Assembly: GCA_963789955.1 (NCBI GenBank)
Contig: CAWBMV010000003.1
Location: 126,011-190,010 of the forward strand
DNA length: 64,000 nt
Direction of reading: 5' to 3'
Source: an uncultured Candidatus Rokubacteria bacterium
GTDB taxonomy: Bacteria > Methylomirabilota > Methylomirabilia > Rokubacteriales > CSP1-6
Positions 19,944 through 29,439 of the stretch are shown here, one piece after another (the stretch's first letter is position 1; the number at the start of each line of letters is the position of its first letter). The notes below the pieces were generated by a model that did no database searches, had not been told where the DNA came from, and was given only the letters and a program-made list of their open reading frames with translations. Both the position numbers and the translations under genes were made by a program.

Positions 19944-21034
19944 GAGAGGATCCGAACGAGATACCGCTCGAACTCGGTGGTCTTCGCGTCGAGCGAAAAG
20001 TCCTGTTCGACCCGCCGACGCGCTTCCATTCCGAGCCGCTGGCGCAGGCCCGCGTCGGCGGCGAGGCGTTGGGCCGCCGCGGCCAGCTCGTCGACACTCC
20101 CTGGCGCCACCACGAGGCCGCTCAGCTCGTCCACGACGATCTCGCGGACGCTCCCGACATCCGTTGTGATGCAGGGCAGACCACTCGCCATGGCCTCCAC
20201 GAGGGTATTGGGGAACGCTTCGGACTCGGAAAGGCTGGGCAGAACGAACGCGTCGAAGTTCGACAGGAGATCGGGCAGGTCCCGCCGAAAGCCGAGCCAG
20301 TGCACGCGATTCGCGAGGCCGAGCGCGTCGATCTGTCGCTCGAGTCGCTTCTGCTCGGGTCCCGTGCCCACGATAGCCAGATAGACGTGGTGCCCGCCAG
20401 GGACCAGCCTCGCGAGCGCCTCGAGGAGAATCTGGTGGCCTTTGCGGCGACTGATCCGGCTCGTGACACCGAAGAGCACGGCGTCGGCGGGGAGCCTCCA
20501 CGCTCGTTTGAGCGCGTCGTGACGCTCGGGCCGGAACTGCTCCGTGTCCTTGCCGTTGTGGATCACCTCGATCGATTCCGGTCGAAGCCAGGGACATCGG
20601 CGTAGCATGTCGTCCTTGGCTCGATGCCCCACGGTCATCATCCGAGGCAGGAAGCGCCGGTAGAGGAGCCGCTCGAACGGCGTGTCGTCGACGTCGTCGG
20701 GGCGGCCGACTCTGCGCACCACGGGCCGGTGAGCGACTGCGCCCGCGAGGGCGCCCGCCACGAGACCGAGACCGTAGTTGACGATGAGCACGTCCGCAGC
20801 CATTTCCCGCGCCAGGGCGGCCAGCCGCACGACGGCAATCGGGGTGCCGAAGGGTCCGAAGGTGAAGCCGCGCGTGGGCAGACCGGCGTCGTGGCAAGCC
20901 TGAACCCATGCGTTGCCGCGCCGGCCCGCCATCATGCACCGATGGCCCCGGCGGCTCAGCACGATGGCCGTTTCGAGGGCCCAGGTCTTCACGCCGCCCC
21001 ACTCCACGTTCGCCAGGATGAAGAGGATGTTCAT
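19940..21034 (-). CDS. GT4 glycosyltransferase
   Basis: WGGVK, VIHNG, RISRRKGH and EAFPNTLVEAMASGLP. Confidence 0.92.
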   Translation of the reverse strand: MNILFILANVEWGGVKTWALETAIVLSRRGHRCMMAGRRGNAWVQACHDAGLPTRGFTFGPFGTPIAVVRLAALAREMAADVLIVNYGLGLVAGALAGAVAHRPVVRRVGRPDDVDDTPFERLLYRRFLPRMMTVGHRAKDDMLRRCPWLRPESIEVIHNGKDTEQFRPERHDALKRAWRLPADAVLFGVTSRISRRKGHQILLEALARLVPGGHHVYLAIVGTGPEQKRLERQIDALGLANRVHWLGFRRDLPDLLSNFDAFVLPSLSESEAFPNTLVEAMASGLPCITTDVGSVREIVVDELSGLVVAPGSVDELAAAAQRLAADAGLRQRLGMEARRRVEQDFSLDAKTTEFERYLVRILS

Positions 21035-22767
21035 GGGCTGCAGCGGTAGAGGAGAAAGTCATCGTCGTCGCGGCGCCGGGCGCGCTCGAGCTGATCGACG
21101 ACGCATGGCCGACGCTCCTCGCGCACCGTCACCTCGAGCCGCTGCGGGTACTCTGAGGTCTGAAGCTGCCCGGCATTGACCCACAGCGTGGCCGGCGGCC
21201 TGGTTATGTCGCGTACGTGCGTGAAGCCCGTCCAGAAGATCGACGGGGGCTGTCGCGGCGCGTCTCGGTCGTTACCGGTGTATGTGTTGCTCCGGGTCAC
21301 GACCGAGAACTCGGTCTCTGCTGCGGCCGGCGATTGTCTAAACAGCTCGAGCAGGTAAGACAGCTGAAGCACGGTCTCGTGAAAACTGCCGGATCCCGTC
21401 ACCACGAGCACTGGCGCCGTCGCGGCCGCAGCGAGCGCCGCCCCCGCTCGATCGGGTTTTGTCCTCTTGGGAAACTCGAGCCCGATATCCGTCGCGACGG
21501 CGTTCCCGAAGCCGACGAGAAGGATGAGGGACAGAGCGGTCCAGGCCGGCGGCTCGACCAGGGCTCGGCGCCATGACGCCCCTGCTCGGGCGGGCAGCTC
21601 GGCGAGGATCCACGCAAACAGCGCAACGATCGCGGGGTAGTACACGAAGTGGTAGCGCGCTTCCGACACGAAATTCTTCTGGTATACGAGCGATGCGACG
21701 AGCAGCTCGGCGAGCGTGATGGCGGACACGAGCAGGAGGGCATCCGCGGCCGGTGGCCGTGACGCCGCACGGAGTCGTCGGCCGAGGCCGACGAATGCGA
21801 TCACCAGCATCCAGGCGCCGAAGACGATCGTCACTGCTTCGGTGATGACCAGGACCGGGAAGGAGGCATATTCCCACCCGCGGCCGGCGAACATCGCGCG
21901 CCACGCGTCGAGCGTGCTGACGACGATGAACCACGGCGCCTTGAGCCGCATCCATCCCTGCTCGGGGCTCACTGAATGTTTTAACAGGATCGGCAGCCAC
22001 GGCAGGAACGCGATGCCGGCGACCGTGAGACTCACCGCGAGCCACCAGAGCTGCGGCAACGAGCGCTCGCGCGCCATGAGGATGGCCAGGGCGAGCGCCT
22101 GCGCGGCGAAGGCCAGCGTGCTGTAGTAATGCGCGTAGCACGCACAGATGTTGAGCGTCGTCCACGCGGCCCAGAGCGTCGGCGGAATCGATCGCATGCC
22201 CGTCAGGCGCTTGACCATTGTCACCAAGACCCAGAACGCGGCCGCGAGCAGCATCAGCGGCAGGGTATAGTTTCGACCTTCCTGCGCGAGCATCACCATC
22301 GCGGGCGAGACCGCGGCGAGTGCCGCAGCGATGAGCCCGGCGCGCTCCCCGAACGCGGACCGCGCCAGGCCAAAGATCAGCATGACGGCGAGGACGCCAA
22401 AGACGGCCGCCACGGCGCGCAGTGTCCAGGCCAGCTCACTCAGCGGTGGTGCCAACCATGCTAGCCACGCGTGCATCAGCACGTAGAACAGAGGAGGGTG
22501 GGTGTGCTGGACGGCCGGATCGATGAGTCGTGTCACGACGTCGAGCCAGGTTGCCGAGGGATTGAGCGAGAAGATTGAGGCGAGGGCTGTGAGGGGTCTG
22601 GCCACGCCGAGCGGCACATCGTCGGGGCCCCGCCCGAGCACGACGAGGGCTGTCATGGCCTCGTCGATCCAGAGCGGCTTTGACCCGAGCCCAGCGAACC
22701 GGACCACCGCGGCGACGACGAGGATTGCGATGAGGGCGATCGAGCATCGCTCGGCGTGAAGCCGCAT
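21031..22767 (-). CDS. GT-C fold membrane glycosyltransferase (GT39/ArnT-like)
   Basis: KPLWIDEAMT, HTHPPLFY, EGRNYTL and YAHYY, multiple TMs; likely ATG at 22767. Confidence 0.85.
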   Translation of the reverse strand: MRLHAERCSIALIAILVVAAVVRFAGLGSKPLWIDEAMTALVVLGRGPDDVPLGVARPLTALASIFSLNPSATWLDVVTRLIDPAVQHTHPPLFYVLMHAWLAWLAPPLSELAWTLRAVAAVFGVLAVMLIFGLARSAFGERAGLIAAALAAVSPAMVMLAQEGRNYTLPLMLLAAAFWVLVTMVKRLTGMRSIPPTLWAAWTTLNICACYAHYYSTLAFAAQALALAILMARERSLPQLWWLAVSLTVAGIAFLPWLPILLKHSVSPEQGWMRLKAPWFIVVSTLDAWRAMFAGRGWEYASFPVLVITEAVTIVFGAWMLVIAFVGLGRRLRAASRPPAADALLLVSAITLAELLVASLVYQKNFVSEARYHFVYYPAIVALFAWILAELPARAGASWRRALVEPPAWTALSLILLVGFGNAVATDIGLEFPKRTKPDRAGAALAAAATAPVLVVTGSGSFHETVLQLSYLLELFRQSPAAAETEFSVVTRSNTYTGNDRDAPRQPPSIFWTGFTHVRDITRPPATLWVNAGQLQTSEYPQRLEVTVREERRPCVVDQLERARRRDDDDFLLYRCSP

Positions 22768-22819
22768 GGAGCCCGATATTATCACCGGGTGCTGGGGCGA
22801 CGTGGTATGACACAGAGTC

Positions 22820-24547
22820 ATGAGGGCGCAGCTTCGCGCGCTGTTCGGCATGGTGCTCGAGCAGCGGTGGCTCGTCGCGGTCGGCGGCGTGTTCGTGGCG
22901 GTCGGTCTCGTCGCGGCGCTGTCCTATCCGGTTCTCGTGAGGCGTTTGATCGACGAAGGCATTCTGGCCGGGCAGCGGTCGCGGGTCAACGAGCTCGCGC
23001 TGCTGCTTCTCGTGCTGCTGGTGGCGGAGGGCGTCGCCACCGTCGTCCGCGACCACTACTTCAATCTCGCGGCCGAGCGTGTGACCACACGGCTCCGCCA
23101 GCGCGTGTTCGACCACCTCTTGAGTCAGGAGATCGCCTTCTTCGACAGCCGCAACGTCGGCGAGCTGACGACCCGCTTGTCGGACGACGTCGCAGTGATC
23201 AACCGTGTCGTCGGCGACCGGCTGGCCGACGCGGTGCGGTCCGTACTGGTGGGAGTGCTCGGAACGGTGCTGCTCATCTACACGTCGCCGATACTCACGC
23301 TGCTTCTCATGCTCGCGGTGCCGCCGATCGCCGTGGTGGCATGGGTGCTCGGAGGGCGTGTGAAGACTCTCTCCGCCGACACGCAGCAGGCGTACGCCGA
23401 TGCCGGCATCATCGTCGAAGAGTCGCTCACGGGTATCCGCACCGTGCGTGCGTTCTCGCAGGAGACCTCTCTGGGCCTTCGCTACAGAGACAAGCTCCAG
23501 GCGGGTGTCGAGCTCGCTCGGCGGCGGATCCTCGCGAACTCCACGCGGAGCGGCGTGTCATTCCTGGCCGGCGAAGGCGCGGCGCTGTTCGGCCTGTGGG
23601 CCGGCGCCAACCTCATCATCGAGAACCGTCTCACCTCCGGCGCAGTGATCTCATTCGTCCTGTATGGACTCCAGATCGCCCGTGGCCTCCGGAGTGCGTC
23701 GGATTTCTGGGGCGAGGCCGTGCGCGGGCTCGGCGCGACGCAGTGGATCTTCGAGCTGCTCGCGCGTGAGCCCCAGCTGCCGGTCGACGGCGGCGTCCAG
23801 CCCGCGCGCGTGGAGGGTGCCGTTACGCTCGACCGTGTGCACTTTCGGTATCCGGCCCGGCCGGACGTCGAGGCCCTGGCGGGCGTCGATCTCAGCATCC
23901 GGCCCGGCGAGGTCGTGGCGCTGGTCGGACGCTCGGGAGCCGGCAAGTCGACCATCCTGAACCTGCTGCTCCGCTTCTATGATCCGGATGAGGGCCGGAT
24001 CCTGGTCGATGGGCACGATATACGAACCCTCGACGCGACGTGGCTGCGGTCCCAGATCGGTGTGGTCATGCAAGAGCCGATGCTGTTCTCGGGAACCATC
24101 GCCGACAACATCCGGTATGGACTCGTCACACGAAGCGACAGCGAGGTGGCCGCGGCGGCCGAGCTGGCCAACGCCCGAGAGTTCATCGAGCGTTTCCCCG
24201 CCGGATTCGCGACCACGATCGGCACGCGAGGTGTCCAGCTATCGGGTGGCCAGCGGCAGCGTCTGGCGATCGCGCGGGGAGTACTGCGCCGACCGAGGAT
24301 CCTCGTCCTCGACGAGGCGACGAACGCGCTCGATTCGGAAAGCGAGGCCTTCGTGCACAAGGCGCTGCAGGCGCTCGACTACCGCCCGACGACGTTGATC
24401 ATCGCCCACCGACTCTCGACGGTGATCAACGTCGATCGCGTCGTCGTTCTCGATCGCGGACGGATCGTTGAAACCGGCCGCCACGACGAGCTGCTCAAGA
24501 CCTCGACGGTCTACCGCCAGCTCGTCGAAACGCAGCTCGGTGTCTGA
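22820..24547 (+). CDS. Type IV ABC exporter, fused TMD+NBD (MsbA-like)
   Basis: TM domain plus GRSGAGKST, LSGGQRQR, LVLDEAT and IIAHRLST. Confidence 0.95.
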   Translation: MRAQLRALFGMVLEQRWLVAVGGVFVAVGLVAALSYPVLVRRLIDEGILAGQRSRVNELALLLLVLLVAEGVATVVRDHYFNLAAERVTTRLRQRVFDHLLSQEIAFFDSRNVGELTTRLSDDVAVINRVVGDRLADAVRSVLVGVLGTVLLIYTSPILTLLLMLAVPPIAVVAWVLGGRVKTLSADTQQAYADAGIIVEESLTGIRTVRAFSQETSLGLRYRDKLQAGVELARRRILANSTRSGVSFLAGEGAALFGLWAGANLIIENRLTSGAVISFVLYGLQIARGLRSASDFWGEAVRGLGATQWIFELLAREPQLPVDGGVQPARVEGAVTLDRVHFRYPARPDVEALAGVDLSIRPGEVVALVGRSGAGKSTILNLLLRFYDPDEGRILVDGHDIRTLDATWLRSQIGVVMQEPMLFSGTIADNIRYGLVTRSDSEVAAAAELANAREFIERFPAGFATTIGTRGVQLSGGQRQRLAIARGVLRRPRILVLDEATNALDSESEAFVHKALQALDYRPTTLIIAHRLSTVINVDRVVVLDRGRIVETGRHDELLKTSTVYRQLVETQLGV

Positions 24548-25515
24548 TGAGCTCGCAGGACAGCAAGGCCCAATGCGGCATCGGCTGGCAGGGCTGGTGG
24601 CGCGGAACTCCCGCCGACCGCTGGACGCTCGGTTACGCGCTGGCCGTCGCAGTCGTGCTCGTCTGCCGTGTTCCTGCCGCCTACCTGCCCGTCGTCTTCG
24701 TAGTCCACGGCCTCCTCGTCGCGCTTGCGCTTCTGATGCCTCGAGCTCGGCGGTCCGGACCGGTCGGGCGCTTCGTCGGCGATTGGTATCCGTTGCTCAT
24801 CTTGACGGCGCTCTACACTGAGATCGGGCTTGCCAACCTAGCCGACGGGCGGGCCTACGACCGGATCGTGCTGAGCTGGGAGCAAGCGCTGTTCGGCTTC
24901 CAACCTGCACGCGAGTGGATTCGCTCGAGCCCGTCAGTCTGGCTCTCCTGGGTCCTGCATCTCGGGTACCTGGCGTACTACGCCATCATTGTCGCGGCGC
25001 CGCTCGCTCTCTGGCTCACCCGACAGCGGGAGGCGATGCAGCGAGCCGTGACGACTATCACGGCCACCTTCTACCTCTGCTACGCGACGTACCTTGTCTT
25101 CCCCGTCGTCGGGCCCCGGCACGTGTTCCCGGCGGCGGACAACGCCGCGGCGCAGACCGCCATTGCGCAGTGGACGGCGCGGTTCCTCGAACACGTGTCT
25201 GCATGGGGCGCCGCGTTCCCGTCGAGCCACGTCGCGGTCGCCGTTGCCGCTACGGCCGTGGCACTTCTCGAGTGGCGGGTGCTCGGCCTCGCGCTCGTGG
25301 TCCCGACCACGCTGTTGACCCTCGGCAGCGTGTACGGGCAGTTCCACTACGCCGTCGACGCACTGGCGGGGATCGGCGTCGGGCTCGCGGTGGCGCTTGG
25401 TGCCTGGCTCGTGTCGCGAAAGGGCGCCACCGCGATAGAAGTGGCCCCGGGACTCGGCATGACGCGACAGCCGCCTATGCCTCCGGCCGATCGCCGGAAC
25501 AGTTTTCCGACGTGA
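24547..25515 (+). CDS. PAP2 superfamily protein, AUR1/IPC-synthase-like
   Basis: Multi-TM; FPVVGPR, AAFPSSHVA and GQFHYAVDALAG match the Aur1-type catalytic motifs. Translationally coupled to the ABC gene. Confidence 0.8.
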   Translation: MSSQDSKAQCGIGWQGWWRGTPADRWTLGYALAVAVVLVCRVPAAYLPVVFVVHGLLVALALLMPRARRSGPVGRFVGDWYPLLILTALYTEIGLANLADGRAYDRIVLSWEQALFGFQPAREWIRSSPSVWLSWVLHLGYLAYYAIIVAAPLALWLTRQREAMQRAVTTITATFYLCYATYLVFPVVGPRHVFPAADNAAAQTAIAQWTARFLEHVSAWGAAFPSSHVAVAVAATAVALLEWRVLGLALVVPTTLLTLGSVYGQFHYAVDALAGIGVGLAVALGAWLVSRKGATAIEVAPGLGMTRQPPMPPADRRNSFPT

Positions 25516-25557
25516 TTGGAACGTCTCGACGAAGGCCGCGCGTCGATCGTGACGGAA

Positions 25558-26286
25558 CTACGAGCGGAGCGTGCCGAACACGCGGTCCCAGAGCGGACTG
25601 GACACGCCGAACTGTATCTCCGGCGTGCGAAAGTGGTGCGTGAGGTGATGGTGACGGAGGTAGCGCGCGACACGACCCCGGAGCGAGCCGGCGTGGCAGG
25701 CGTAGTGGAGCAGGTCGTAGACCAGGTAGCCGAAGATCGCACCGGCGAAGACCGGCGCAGATGCCGTCCCGACCAGCAACCGCAGCACAAAGAACAGAAA
25801 GGCCGCCACCGGCACCGTGACGATCGGCGGCATGAGCCAGCGGCGCCGGTCTTCGGGGAACGCATGGTGGACACCGTGAATCAAGTACGCGAACAGGACG
25901 CCGAGCCGGCCGCGGGGCGTCAAGTGGAACACGAAGCGATGAAGCAGATACTCCATCGCTGTCCACAGCACGACCCCGCCACCGAAAAGGAGGGAAGATA
26001 CGAGAGGCGACCATCCCGCCACGACTCCCGCCCAGACGAAGTAGGCCGAGACCGGCAGATAGATCAAGACCAGCGTCCGAGGTCGCGTGCCCGTGAACCA
26101 CTCGAGGAATGGGTGATTGAACATCTGGGGCTGTCCAGGCCGCGGCGCTCCCCAGTCGTGCACACTGAGTGTCACGGGACCGACAAGGGTCATAGGGCCG
26201 GTTGGGAACCGACGGAAAGTGGACGACCACATCGCGCGTGCCGAGGCGTCCGGCGGCTGCAGAAGACTACCGCGCGCTTGATTCAC
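25558..26286 (-). CDS. Fatty acid hydroxylase (FA2H/Scs7-like)
   Basis: Four His boxes (EYLLHRFVFH, HGVHH, YDLLHYACH, HHLTHH) plus FGVSSPLWDRVFGT; true start probably further downstream. Confidence 0.88.
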   Translation of the reverse strand: MNQARGSLLQPPDASARAMWSSTFRRFPTGPMTLVGPVTLSVHDWGAPRPGQPQMFNHPFLEWFTGTRPRTLVLIYLPVSAYFVWAGVVAGWSPLVSSLLFGGGVVLWTAMEYLLHRFVFHLTPRGRLGVLFAYLIHGVHHAFPEDRRRWLMPPIVTVPVAAFLFFVLRLLVGTASAPVFAGAIFGYLVYDLLHYACHAGSLRGRVARYLRHHHLTHHFRTPEIQFGVSSPLWDRVFGTLRS

Positions 26287-26387
26287 GCCTGAAGTCTAGC
26301 CGCACTTTCCTACACTGGCAAGGCGATGGCCCATGAGCCGACGACGATCGACCGGGATAGCGCCCGGGCCCATCAGTCTGGTGTCCT

Positions 26388-27372
26388 GTGCGCGTGCTGG
26401 TGACCGGGGCGACCGGGCTCTTGGGCGCCAATGTTGTGCGGGCTCTCCTCGGGGCCGGCCATGCGGTGCGCGCAGCGGTCAGGGCTTCCTCGAGGCAACT
26501 CGCGCTCACGGACTTGCCCGTGGAGACATCGGTACTGACGCTGGAGGAGCCCGAATCGGTGGCAGCAGCGATGGCCGGGTGTCAGGCCGTTGTCCACGCG
26601 GCGGCGGCTAATTGGGTCGGCCGGAGCGGGCGAGCGTGGATGGAGCGGGTCAACGTGCAGGGCACCGAAGCGGTGTGCAGAGTCGCCTTGGAGACCGGTA
26701 TTCGCCGTATGGTCCACGTCTCATCGGTCGACACGCTCGGTATCCGCTCCCTCGAGCACCCCGCCGACGAGGAGTGCCGATCTGATCTGGCGCACCTGCG
26801 TTGCCCCTACATCGACACGAAGAGAGCCGCCGAGGACGTCGTCCTCGGTCACGTGGCGCTGGGACTCCCCGCCGTGATCGTCAACCCAACCTTTATGCTG
26901 GGCCCCTGGGACACCCGTCCTACTTCAGGTCGAATGCTCCTGGAGATCGCCAAGGGATGGGCGCTTCTCGCCCCGCGGGGCGGGAACTGCTTTCTGGACG
27001 TGCGCGACGCGGCGATCGGGGTCGTTGCTGCACTGGAAAGAGGGCGGGTGGGTCGGCGCTACATCTTGGGAGGCCAGAACCTCACATACCTCGACGCCTG
27101 GCGACGGATCGCCCCAATCGTCGGAGGGCGCGGGCCCCTCGGTACTGCCCCGTCCGCTGGCGCCTGGCTCCTCGGTCGTGCAGCCGGCTTCTGGGGGCGG
27201 CTCAGAGGTCAAGGAGCCCGTAGTCAATCCAGTCAGCGTGGCCATGGGCGAACTGCCGCATTACTTCAGCTCCGCTCGAGCCCGCGCCGAGCTGAACTTC
27301 CCCGAGAGCGACTTCGAGCGCGCCGTCTCGGACGCTTGGCGCTGGTTCCGAGAGCACGGCTATGCGCCCTGA
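26388..27372 (+). CDS. NAD-dependent epimerase/reductase (extended SDR, HpnA/DFR-like), frameshift near 27210
   Basis: VLVTGATGLLG, HVSS, YIDTK and VIVNP; the C-terminus (KEPVVNP...SSARARAEL...WRWFREHGY) is in another frame ending at 27372. Confidence 0.85.
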
Positions 27373-27424
27373 CAATGGTTTCCGCATTGCGCGGAGTGGC
27401 GCGAAGAGCCTAAGGCGCGTGTTT

Positions 27425-28138
27425 TCAGCGGTGCGCCAAGAGCCGACGGAATTCCGCGAGCTCGCGCGGCGGCACGTCCGACCGTTCGCGGAGCGCGGCG
27501 TCGACGCGGCCCGGGTCGTCGTCGATCGCGCGCGCGGTCTTCGCGATGTCGCCGACGATGCGCGTCGTCACCTTCATGGCTCGGGGCGCCACGACCGCGT
27601 GGAACAACCGGGCCAGCGCTTCGAACGCGGCGTTGTCGATCCGGACGAAGCTGGCCATCGCCGGCGTGATGAGGCTCTTGCCGTCTGCTTGCGGCTTGAT
27701 GGTGTAGTCGAGGAGCACCACGACGCGCCCGTGGATCGCGGGCAAAACCTGTGGTTGGTAGCGGCCCTGCAGATAGAAGATGCGGCTGCCTCGCGTCGCA
27801 TACGCGATCCGGAACCGCACCAGGGCTCCCGCGGTGTCGTCGAGCCAGAGCCCATCGGGCTCACGCCAGATCCGATAGCGACCGATCTCGAGTGCCCGGA
27901 TCACATGTGTCGCGAAGTCAGGGTGATCGAGCAGGTATTCGAACACGTCGTCCCGCACGAGAAAGGATTCGCCGTTCGACTGCGCAGTAACCGACGCGTT
28001 CTCGGTGACCTGCTCCAGGCGAGCTCGCTCCGGCTCCGGCAGATCCGGGGGCAGCGCCGCCGTGGGCCAGGTCGCGAGGGCGCTCCCCACGAAGATGAAG
28101 AGCAGGCCGACACCGGCGGCTCCGACTCTGATGGTCAT
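27425..28138 (-). CDS. Hypothetical exported protein
   Basis: Signal-peptide-like N-terminus from ATG 28138, coding-like composition, divergent from the GNAT gene; no family recognised. Confidence 0.7.
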   Translation of the reverse strand: MTIRVGAAGVGLLFIFVGSALATWPTAALPPDLPEPERARLEQVTENASVTAQSNGESFLVRDDVFEYLLDHPDFATHVIRALEIGRYRIWREPDGLWLDDTAGALVRFRIAYATRGSRIFYLQGRYQPQVLPAIHGRVVVLLDYTIKPQADGKSLITPAMASFVRIDNAAFEALARLFHAVVAPRAMKVTTRIVGDIAKTARAIDDDPGRVDAALRERSDVPPRELAEFRRLLAHR

Positions 28139-28197
28139 CGCAGCGCGTCCAGTATACGTCGCTGACTTGATTCGGTAGTACGAGCTACACTCGGCCA

Positions 28198-29325
28198 ATG
28201 GCGCCTCTCGAGATCATTCGCGCCGAGACCGGGAGTGCCTTTCGCGCGTTCATCGACCTCCCGTATCGCCTCTATCGAGACCACCCGCACTTCGTGCCTC
28301 CCCTGCGGCGGGAGCGCCGCGATCTCTTCGACAAGGCGCGGCACCCGTTCTTCCGCCATGCCGACGGCGCATTCTTCCTCGCCCGCCGCGGCGGCCAACC
28401 GGTCGGCCGCATCGAAGCCATCGTCAATCACGCGCACAATCAGTTCCATGACGATCGGGTCGGGTTCTTCGGCGCGTTTGAAAGCGAAAACGACCGGGCG
28501 GTGTCCGACGCCTTGCTCGAAAGCGCCGCTCGGTGGCTCGGTGAGCGGGGATTGCAAGTCATGCGGGGCCCCGTCACTCACTCCACCAACGAGGAGACGG
28601 GGCTGCTGATCGAGGGGTTCGAGGAGCCACCAATGATCGGGATGCCCTACAATCCGCCGTACTACGCCATGCTGGTCGAGGCCTTCGGCCTCACCAAGGC
28701 CAAGGACGTCTACGGCTGGGAGATCCGTGCGGAACAGACGATACCTGAGAAGATCCACCGCGTGGCCGACATCGTGCGGAAGAGCACGAACGTCGTCGTT
28801 CGCCGGGCGAACTTCGCAGACTACGCCGGCGAGATTCGGCGGGCTATGGGTGTCTACAATGCCTCCTGGACGCGCAACTGGGGGTTCGTCCCGCTCACCG
28901 AGGCCGAGTTCGTTCACGCCGCCGATCAACTACGACCCGTCCTCGAGCGCTTCCCGGAAGGGGTGTTGTTGGCTGAGGTAGCCGGACGAGCGGTCGGTTT
29001 CTGCCTGGCCGCGCTGGACGTCAATCAAGCGCTCCGACGAGTGCGGAATGGGCGGCTCTTTCCGTTCGGGTTCTGGCATCTCTATCGCGGACTCCGGCGC
29101 GTCGACCAGATTCGCGTGATGGCGCTCGGTATTCTTCCCGAGTTCCGGCATCGCGGCATCGATGCGGTCATTTACCTCGAGCTCTTGAGTCACGGCCAGC
29201 GCCTCGGCTATCGGCGCGCGGAGATCGGTTGGACACTCGAGGACAACCGTGCGATGAATCGAGCGATCCTCATGGGCGGCCGTCATCACAAGACGTACCG
29301 CCTCTACGAGGCGCCGCTACCCTGA
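28198..29325 (+). CDS. bcerS: Tandem GNAT N-acyltransferase, bacterial ceramide synthase-like
   Basis: FIDLPYRLY..HPHFVPPL, HPFF, VGRI, GFFGAFE, MRGP...STNEETGLLIEGF, MPYNPPYY, NWGFVP, LGILPEFR and WTLEDN match the bCerS/YghO-type family; SPT in the same locus. Confidence 0.78.
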   Translation: MAPLEIIRAETGSAFRAFIDLPYRLYRDHPHFVPPLRRERRDLFDKARHPFFRHADGAFFLARRGGQPVGRIEAIVNHAHNQFHDDRVGFFGAFESENDRAVSDALLESAARWLGERGLQVMRGPVTHSTNEETGLLIEGFEEPPMIGMPYNPPYYAMLVEAFGLTKAKDVYGWEIRAEQTIPEKIHRVADIVRKSTNVVVRRANFADYAGEIRRAMGVYNASWTRNWGFVPLTEAEFVHAADQLRPVLERFPEGVLLAEVAGRAVGFCLAALDVNQALRRVRNGRLFPFGFWHLYRGLRRVDQIRVMALGILPEFRHRGIDAVIYLELLSHGQRLGYRRAEIGWTLEDNRAMNRAILMGGRHHKTYRLYEAPLP

Positions 29326-29439
29326 TGTAAGCCGTTCTGCTTGACATCGTTCCCTGCCTGCCATTAACTCGGGCCTACGCTCTCTCCAGCCGAGCCTCAG
29401 CGCTCGCTGGCCACTACCATTGGGTACGAGGGACATCGA

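Noticed and set aside
19254..21062. Long Arg/Pro-rich alternative-frame ORFs (also 28135-28929, 29317-30852, 36815-38305, 42718-44385)
   Set aside because: Typical stop-poor shadow frames of high-GC genes with no motifs.
26388..27372. Hopanoid cluster (hpnA)
   Set aside because: No squalene synthase or cyclase genes in the window.
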